From Octopus bimaculoides (Eukaryota): DNA of 35,326 bases. Shown here in pieces: positions 24,784-34,475 of the stretch (positions are counted from its first letter, which is position 1; the number at the start of each line of letters is the position of its first letter). A program made the position numbers and the translations under genes. Where the stretch lies: assembly GCF_001194135.2 (NCBI RefSeq), contig NC_068990.1, forward strand, positions 83,814,629 through 83,849,954, written 5' to 3'. The notes under the pieces are model-generated. The model saw only the letters and a program-made list of their open reading frames with translations, had not been told where the DNA came from and did not search any database.

Positions 24784-27327
24784 AAGTGGGTTTGGTGCTG
24801 CGACATAAGCCACATCTATTTATTTGAACTTTTTGAAAATCAGTGTAAAAAGTGAAACCGGTTAAAGCTCCAGATATATTAATANNNNNNNNNNNNNNNN
24901 NNNNNNNNNNNNNNNNNNNNNNNNNNNNNNNNNNNNNNNNNNNNNNNNNNNNNNNNNNNNNNNNNNNNNNNNNNNNNNNNNNNNNNNNNNNNNNNNNNNN
25001 NNNNNNNNNNNNNNNNNNNNNNNNNNNNNNNNNNNNNNNNNNNNNNNNNNNNNNNNNNNNNNNNNNNNNNNNNNNNNNNNNNNNNNNNNNNNNNNNNNNN
25101 NNNNNNNNNNNNNNNNNNNNNNNNNNNNNNNNNNNNNNNNNNNNNNNNNNNNNNNNNNNNNNNNNNNNNNNNNNNNNNNNNNNNNNNNNNNNNNNNNNNN
25201 NNNNNNNNNNNNNNNNNNNNNNNNNNNNNNNNNNNNNNNNNNNNNNNNNNNNNNNNNNNNNNNNNNNNNNNNNNNNNNNNNNNNNNNNNNNNNNNNNNNN
25301 NNNNNNNNNNNNNNNNNNNNNNNNNNNNNNNNNNNNNNNNNNNNNNNNNNNNNNNNNNNNNNNNNNNNNNNNNNNNNNNNNNNNNNNNNNNNNNNNNNNN
25401 NNNNNNNNNNNNNNNNNNNNNNNNNNNNNNNNNNNNNNNNNNNNNNNNNNNNNNNNNNNNNNNNNNNNNNNNNNNNNNNNNNNNNNNNNNNNNNNNNNNN
25501 NNNNNNNNNNNNNNNNNNNNNNNNNNNNNNNNNNNNNNNNNNNNNNNNNNNNNNNNNNNNNNNNNNNNNNNNNNNNNNNNNNNNNNNNNNNNNNNNNNNN
25601 NNNNNNNNNNNNNNNNNNNNNNNNNNNNNNNNNNNNNNNNNNNNNNNNNNNNNNNNNNNNNNNNNNNNNNNNNNNNNNNNNNNNNNNNNNNNNNNNNNNN
25701 NNNNNNNNNNNNNNNNNNNNNNNNNNNNNNNNNNNNNNNNNNNNNNNNNNNNNNNNNNNNNNNNNNNNNNNNNNNNNNNNNNNNNNNNNNNNNNNNNNNN
25801 NNNNNNNNNNNNNNNNNNNNNNNNTGTGTGAAAATTTTTCAACAGGGTTAAATGATTGTTTAGTAGAACACAACTATCCATTACCAAGCCCACAAGAAAT
25901 ATTTTCGCTATTAATTGGAGGAAAAAATTTTCTCGTAAAAAAAATAAATAAAAATCAAAAATCAAAAAAAATCAAAAAAGAGGGGTGGGGTGAATAAAAC
26001 GAAATAAAATTACTTGCTTTCCAAAAAAAAAAAAAAAGAAAAAACTAGAAGGGAAGATGTCGCAGTGGAAATGGTGCACCTCTCCCACAGGACAAGTGGT
26101 TTGAACCAGACGCTGTAAAGTGAGACGATGCCAACCAGTACAGAGACTCGTGTGTCAGTCATTGTAGAGTCAGTGTACAAGTTCTCCGTTGGAGTTAAGT
26201 GTCAGTTACATGTTATAGTCGAGTTTGAGTCACAGTCAAGGTAGACGGTTCAATTTCAGTGTCTTGCAGAGCTACCAGCGACAGCAAGATAGAAGAAGTA
26301 ATGTATCTCTTCTATTCCAGTATAGAAGAGATACACTGTATCCGATACCAAGAAAATATTGTGGCTACTAGAGTAGGTACAACAGCTACAGTCACAGCAG
26401 TGACCACATATTATAACTGTGGAAGATACCACATCATAACAATTACATTATATTTTAATATATTTATATTATATACTTTAGCTATAAGCTACATGAAGAC
26501 AATAATTTATTTAGCAATAAAATAGTGTATTTCAGTCTACTGTACTGTACTAGCTGAGGTGTTTAGACAACAGGATTAATAACAGTGTAATCTCAAGATA
26601 GCATTGTACCGTATTAATTTTTTTGGTTCCATTCTTTTCAGATTCAATTGCATAGGTAAAACCATCGAAGTTGTCCTTATCTACTGTGCTAACACCAATG
26701 CCAAGATTGGAATATAAAACTGTTAGTTGCAGCTCTTCCAGGAAAACTTCATTTGGGATTCTCTCTATGACGGCCAACATTCTGTGAAAAATATAAAAAC
26801 AAGAAAACAACACTGAAATTTGCATATTCTCATTATGTTAACAGCTAAACTTGCACATATAGGTGTAGGAGTGGCTGTGTGGTAAGTAGCTTGCTTACCA
26901 ACCACATGGTTCCAGGTTCAGTCCCACTGCGTGGCACCTTGGGCAAGTGTCTTCTACTATAGCCTCGGGCCGACCAAAGCCTTGTGAGTGGATTTGGTAG
27001 ACGGAAACTGAAAGAAGCCCGTCGTATATATATATGCATATATGTGTGTGTGTGTGTCTGTGTGTATGTTTGTGTGTCTGTGTTTGTCACCCCAACATCG
27101 CTTGACAACCAATGCTGGTGTGTTTACGTCCCCGTAACATAGCGGTTTGGCAAAAGAGACTGATGGAATAAATACTAGGCTTACAAAGAATAAGTCCTGG
27201 GGTCGATTTGCTCGACTAAAGGCGGTGCTCCAGCATGGCCGCAGTCAAATGACTGAAACAAGTAAAGAGTAAAAGAGAATATACACTTGTGATGAACTAT
27301 ATTAATTCACTAATGCTGTAGTAGCCA

Positions 27328-27361
<34 letters not shown>

Positions 27362-27392
27362 CACTACTATTGCTGCTACTGCCACTACCACC

Positions 27393-27446
<54 letters not shown>

Positions 27447-28323
27447 ATTACTACTATTATGTTTGTATTACCCATTAGCACTCTGGTTTGACTCTTGTGC
27501 AATAACCAATACGTCTTCTGGAGCATCGATCATGTTATTCACGCTTTGAAGTATATTATTCGTTGTTATATTAGTAGATATATCGGGTATCAACGGCATC
27601 ATTTTTTCTAAAATGTCTGTAGACAACACAACATCGATTTCTTGGAAATATTTAGCATTCTTCGAGATACCTAGAAGTTTTTGTGAGTTTTTCTCAATAT
27701 TATCTGCAAAAAGAAAAAAAGAGAGAAAACATATTAAGTTAATATGCATAATATTTCTGTTAATTTTGAATGCTCTAATAAAAGTACAACACATGTAGGT
27801 GCAGGCATGATTATAAGCAAGCGCATAGATGAGTGGTAAGGAGCTTGCTTCTCAACCATATGGTTCTGGATTCAGCCAGATAGGTTGTAGTAGTCACTCA
27901 GTGTATAAAAAAATGTATTGTGCTGCGACTACTACTACTACCTCGCAAGCCATGACAGACAGAAAAGATGTGCTCGAAGCCAAGAATTTGAGTTTACGGA
28001 GACGATATTTATACATCACCTGAGGAAACACAACGAGATCGATCTCATAATGCAGGGAAACGGTTACATAACCAAATACCTGCGAGCCTGGAGAACTTCG
28101 TTGCATGGAAACAATTGTAGTGATTACAAATAAAGGTCCAACTGTACTCCTTTTTGTTGACTCTAACTTATTCAATTGTCCATTCGGACACTAAGAAAGC
28201 CCCAATGCAAACCTGGCAGTACATATAATACTACTACTGGATAGCACAGGGTGAAAACTGAAGGTGAACGAGCTTATACTATACTCTACTATGTTCTTAA
28301 CAGGAAATAACCTATGTGTATAA

Positions 28324-28367
<44 letters not shown>

Positions 28368-28766
28368 CACACATGCACACATAATATTAATACAAGAATA
28401 TGGACTGAACAGGTTGTATAACANNNNNNNNNNNNNNNNNNNNNNNNNNNNNNNNNNNNNNNNNNNNNNNNNNNNNNNNNNNNNNNNNNNNNNNNNNNNN
28501 NNNNNNNNNNNNNNNNNNNNNNNNNNNNNNNNNNNNNNNNNNNNNNNNNNNNNNNNNNNNNNNNNNNNNNNNNNNNNNNNNNNNNNNNNNNNNNNNNNNN
28601 NNNNNNNNNNNNNNNNNNNNNNNNNNNNNNNNNNNNNNNNNNNNNNNNNNNNNNNNNNNNNNNNNNNNNNNNNNNNNNNNNNNNNNNNNNNNNNNNNNNN
28701 NNNNNNNNNNNNNNNNNNNNNNNNNNNNNNNNNNNNNNNNNNNNNNNNNNNNNNNNNNNNNNNNNN

Positions 28767-28797
<31 letters not shown>

Positions 28798-31700
28798 GTG
28801 TTTGTGGTTGTCCCCCTACCATCGCTTGGCAACCAATGTTGGTGTGTTTAAGTTCCCATGACTTAACAGTTCAGCAACCAAGACCATGGCTTCTTTCAGT
28901 TTCCGTCTACCAAATCCACTCACAAGGCTTTGGTCAGCCCGAGGCTATAGTAGAAGACACTTGCCCAGGGTGCCACGCGGTGGGATTGAACCTGGAACCA
29001 TGTGGTTCATAAGCAAGCTACTTACCGAGACTTTAAATCTCAGACAGGCTTTGATCTGGATCGTATATTATACACTCTGTTCTACAGTAACAACAGCAAT
29101 TAGGTCTACTATCACCTGAACCAATTAATTGTTGCTCACTTACTTTCATCAAAATCAGAGCTGCTGATATTCTGCAATGCTTGTGTAATCCAATCCATAT
29201 CATAACAATGGGACAGATCTGGGTCTTCCCACATACTGGCACCAAAACGTGGGAAAGGATTTTCTTGAAAAAGGTTATTTGGAAACTCATTTTCTCTTGT
29301 GATACTGGAAAACAAAATTAAAATATTCTGATTACTTTAGTCCAAGATGGACAGTTTCAAACATAGACAGTATTTGACATCATAATGCTTCTTGTGATAA
29401 ACTGCTACTTATTATCAATTGATAAAACAGTAGTTGAGCTTTCATAACTGCTCAACCAGCAAGAAATAATGGCAAAATTTCTTTCAGATCACACACATCC
29501 ATCTTGAAAAAGATGACATTTTGATAATTACTCTATGTAACCATATATCAGAGAAGGGATGATGAATAGATGTGTGTCACACAGGCCTGCTGGTGTCTGG
29601 AAATGGCTTGGTATCATGTGAAGCACACTCACTGCATACGAGTTAAGTTGGTTTTCTACCTCAAGTGTATGCTGAGGAAAAGAGAAGACTCGCAAAGCAA
29701 ACAGTAAATGAAATGGTAGAAGGCCATGGCACAATAACAGTAGTTTGACAGAACTTGCTGAACATTTCATTTCAAGCGGCTGCAATTTTGAAGAAGACTT
29801 GAAAGTGCATATTCTCAGAAAAGTTTAGACAGCTCCTACCTCTGTTGGGTAACTAAGGGTCTCTCCCTCAGAGTGAAAGGCAGATTATATGATACCTGTG
29901 TGTGAACAGCCATGCTACACGGCAGTGAAACATTGGTGTGACTGCTGAGGACATGCATAGGCTTGAGCGAAATGAAGCTAGTATGCTTCGCTGGATGTCG
30001 ATGTCAACGTGCCTATATGACAGAGTGTATGCATCTTGAAAGAAAAGTTGGGCATAAAATGCATCAGATGTGGTGTGCAAGAGAGACGACTGTGCTGGTA
30101 TGATCATGTGATGTGTATAGATGACAACAGCTGTGTAAAAAAAGTGCCGATCCCAAATTGTGGAGGGAACCAGTGGAAGAGGTAGACCCAGGAAAACATG
30201 GGACAAAGTGGTGAAACATGATCTTTGAATGTTGGACTTCACGGTGGCAGCGGCAAGTGACTGAGACTTTTGGCAATATGCCAAGCTTGAGAAGATTCAT
30301 CAAACCAATTGAAATCGTAGTTGTGGTTGATGCCGGTGTCACACATAACTGACATATGTGCTAGTGGCACATAAAGAGCACCTATCACACTCTTGGAGCG
30401 ATTGGTGTTATGAAGAGCAACCTGCTGTAGAAATTATGCCAAATCAGACTGGAAACTATACCAAATCAGACTGCAGCTCTCCAGCTTGTCCAAGAAGTAA
30501 AGCTTCCTTCAAGGCAGAGCTAAAAATGCAATTGTCAAGTGAGTAAGAGGTTTTAAACAGGAACGAAATATTCAAAATTGGTAAAACTAAAAATTGTCGA
30601 GGATAAATTAAATTTATCATTGTTACTGAATATGTTAGTGTTATTTAATTTCTGAACGGTTTCGCTGCCGTTTGTTTATGTAGTTTGATTTCTTTATCCT
30701 TCAATTTCTACTAAGATAGAGACGCGAGTAAAATTTAAAATAGAGAAACGAAAATAAAACTTTGGAAACAGCAGCGTGCTTTTGAGGGAGATAATCAGAG
30801 AAAAACTTGAAAGTCTGTAAGATCGTAATACTTCATGTAAAGTAAATATAACAAGTAATCCAGAATCCTTGTTTGGAACTGGATCGATACCAAAATCTAA
30901 TCAACTCATGCCCATCATGAGGCCAAGCAGCCCTGAAAGTTTCATCCGAATCCATCCAGAGGAACTAGAGATATTTTGTCCACGGACAAACGAACAAACA
31001 AACAAACACAACTGAAAACAATACCTCCGCCTTCGCCAAGGCGGAGATAATAAAAGTATATGCAGCGTAAGATGTAAAATTCCAGTTTAAGTAATGTGAA
31101 CTTAGGAACATTAATTATATCACTTTAATCTTGTTCTGTATTTTATTTTCCTATACTATAAAAATATGAAACTGATGGTTTTAAGAAAATTCAGAAGTAA
31201 AACAATAGAAACAAACCATTTTCTTGTTGCCTCAGCATCATTTTCATGACATGGGAGCCTCACAGTAGTTCTACCACTTGTTGTTGGCCAATGAAACGAA
31301 CCTTTTTTACTCGATGTTGTTTCTTCATTGCAAAGCACTTGAAAATATAACATGGATATGGTATATGTATTAAAGCAAGCATGGACATTGTGTAGGTATT
31401 ACAAATTACAGATACACATTTTACATACATGAAATATACAGCTGTGATGTAATATATTACGATATACATGAACATGACTTATATGCTAACTAGAAGAAAA
31501 GTGGACATGGTATTTAATATTGTGAATATTTTTGAAACAACATATATAATATTTACATATTAGATGGCACAGGGATATGTTTCATGTGCTAAAAACAGAA
31601 ATTCTTACTACATTAAGAAAGACTATGATAGCTTTCATATGTTAGAAAATAGCGAAATATCATCTGCATGTTATAAAATATATTTGATTCATAATTTACA

Positions 31701-32359
31701 AGTGAGAAATATTTCAGTAAAGTTAAAATAATGGTAGTGTATATGCTTTATATATGTCATCTATTTCTGATTGTTCCATACTACGATTTTTTTGTTCTTT
31801 TATACAGACGTTTTGTAGATAAGATTCAATAATGTGTCCTCTTTGACACTTTTTGTATAGGATTCAATAATGTGATCTCTTTCTAAGATGACAAGAGACA
31901 AGCATCTTCTTTTACAACTTAAATGTAATATGAATGTAAAATGCATGACAGTTGAAAAGAAAGTGGCTGGGCATTGAATGTTGAAGGTATTGGCAATTAT
32001 GTTAAATCAAAGAAATACTTGCAGATGAGTAAGTTAATCGGACCTGAAAAACAATAGGTTTTGCATGGGAGGAGAATGATATTTTAAAAAAGTGGAAAAG
32101 TTACTATGTTACAAATGTTTCCAACACATGTCAGAAGTGGACAATGCTGACAAGATGACTACAACAATGACAACAGAAACAACTGTATAATGATAATAAA
32201 TTGTAATAATGTTAGTTTCGTCAAGATCTTCATTAGTGTGATCCCAACATTCAGTATTGTATTGCTAGCTTTCACCATGTTACTTTGGTATGCAACAGCA
32301 ACCGATAATAATGACAATGATGCCTCTGCCGCTGCCACTAATGATGACGATGCTTGATA

Positions 32360-32390
<31 letters not shown>

Positions 32391-34406
32391 CGATGACGAT
32401 AGCAAAGGTGATAACAAATACATATGACTGCTTACCTGCACTAGTTAATTTCATGGTGTCTCGTTCAATGTCTAGGTGATCCATAGTTTTTGATGAATTC
32501 AGTATGTTGTAAATATTATACCAGACTTCTACTTCAGAGATATGTATTAGAACTGTGCAGTAGATACTTATATATGCTGTTACTCGGGGATGTCTTTGAG
32601 GAGAGAAAATTTTTTTTTTTAAATATTAGAATATTAAAAAAGGTGTTTATTAACAGCTTAGAAAGGAAAGAGTCTTTGCTATGTGCAGCACATATCTAGT
32701 TTGAAGAAACATTTATTTGGTATTAATAGCAAAAATTGTAAAAGTAATTATGAAATGCTTCGTGTAAGTATCAACCATTTTGTAAACTAATTGTGGTCGC
32801 CTATAAAAACTTAAATTTTTGCAAATATGAGATGGAAAAATAACATGAAACAAGTCTGTTTTTCTGTAAAACAATTAGATTAGTGTGCTACATGGTTCAA
32901 TCACTCTGATATTCTGTATCATCAAATTTAGTTTTATATCCTCCCAAGCCGAAGTAATCAAAGCTCGCAGCAGCAACAACAATAACAGCAGCAACAGCAA
33001 CACTCATCATCATCGTCGTTTAACGTCTGCTTTCCATGCTGGCATGGGTTGGACGGTTTGACTGAGGGCTGGTAAACCAGAAGGCTGTACCAGGCTCCGA
33101 TCCGATCTGGCAAGTTTCTGTAGCTGGATGCCCTTCCTAACGCCAACCACTCTGAGAGTGTAGTGGGTGCTTTTTATATGTCACCAGCAGGGGTGCCAGT
33201 TACAAAACTCTAGTCTCAGCCATGACTACAATCTCACTTGGCTTGACAGGCTTCCTCAAGCTCAGTATATTGCTAAAGGCCTCGGTCCCTTGTCACTGCC
33301 TCCGCGAGGCCCAACATTTGAAGGGTGCCATGTATACAACACTGGCATCTGCCATGACTATGATTTCACTTGGCTTGACAAGTCTTCTCAAGCACAGCAT
33401 ATCACCCAATGTGCCACTGGCACAAGTGACAGTTACGCTGGGTCAGCGGTACAGATGTAGGCGGCTACAGAAATATCTTTTAATCATACAAGTTTAGTTT
33501 GGTTAAAATTAATAAGTGTTCACAACTCACCTGAAATATCTTACTTTAACAATGTAGGTCCCATGCAATTTTGAAAATTCCTCTTCTAGCTGTAAATAAA
33601 AGCATTAAAAAAATTGCAACAAAAAAAAAAGAACGAATTTTACTTCACAGCCAATTATCTAATAAGAAATTATTTATAGCAATAAATTATTTTGCACCTC
33701 TGACCTATATACTGTGGAACATCAACAAACTTCTCAGTTTCCGTTCCTTTCCCTGTTAAGTATATCAATCCTTCAGCTTCTCTGCTGGCTTCCTGGTACA
33801 TTTCTCTGCTGTCCATTTTCTTTCAGTATTATGAAGTCTCTTCTCTTAATTATATTGCTCTATCTAACTCAGTGTTTCACAACAATGCCACCTTTACTCT
33901 GGCTGGAACACTGGACCAGTAATTGACTTGGTTTGTAGCTTTCAGTCGCTTGTCTTATTGGAACTTCTATTTTACCTCTATGCTGTAAATCTGAATCTCA
34001 TCATCATACATTTTAACAAGTATTTTTCTTAATTTTTGACTACTCAATAAATCTTGAAACTTCTATGTCTTCCTTTTTCAAATTGGTTTCTACTTCAGAG
34101 TCCACCTAGCTCGAACAACCTACCTACGTTAGGTTGTATATTCCTCACCAGAGAAGGGCTTCTCAGGAAGAATGAAATCTATCTGGTTTGTATGTTCTTC
34201 AGATTAAAAAGTGATCAGGTGGCTGACTGGTTTCCTAGGGATAATGTTGTAGATGACAAAGTCATTAACGTCACAGAATTCCAGCAACTTTGTTTCCTTC
34301 TTGATCTTTGAACCAAGGTCAAAGCCTCGGTTCTCTCCCACAGAATCCACTAGAGTGATGCACAACATCTCCATTTAGATCACAAGTTAGAATGAAAATA
34401 TAAGAC

Positions 34407-34475
<69 letters not shown>

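Larger units (their letters stand above)
4173..28766. other. Assembly gaps: 4173-4668, 8141-8226, 9886-9910, 13391-13562, 19898-20313, 24885-25824, 28424-28766
   Basis: N runs. The four gaps inside the gene are intronic and flanked by phase-compatible exons, so no exon is required in them. Confidence 0.99.

Noticed and set aside
31800-31925. Alternative phase-2 SEA exon (..RDHIIESYTKSVKEDTLLNLIYKTS)
   Set aside because: Weak acceptor, no good phase-1 donor before a stop, internal short duplication; 32436-32593 fits both neighbours.
33005-34360. Exon 2 exonised from a single RTE element surrounding it
   Set aside because: Exon 2 shows no RTE similarity and continues the SEA sequence; the two RTE pieces are better explained as separate insertions.
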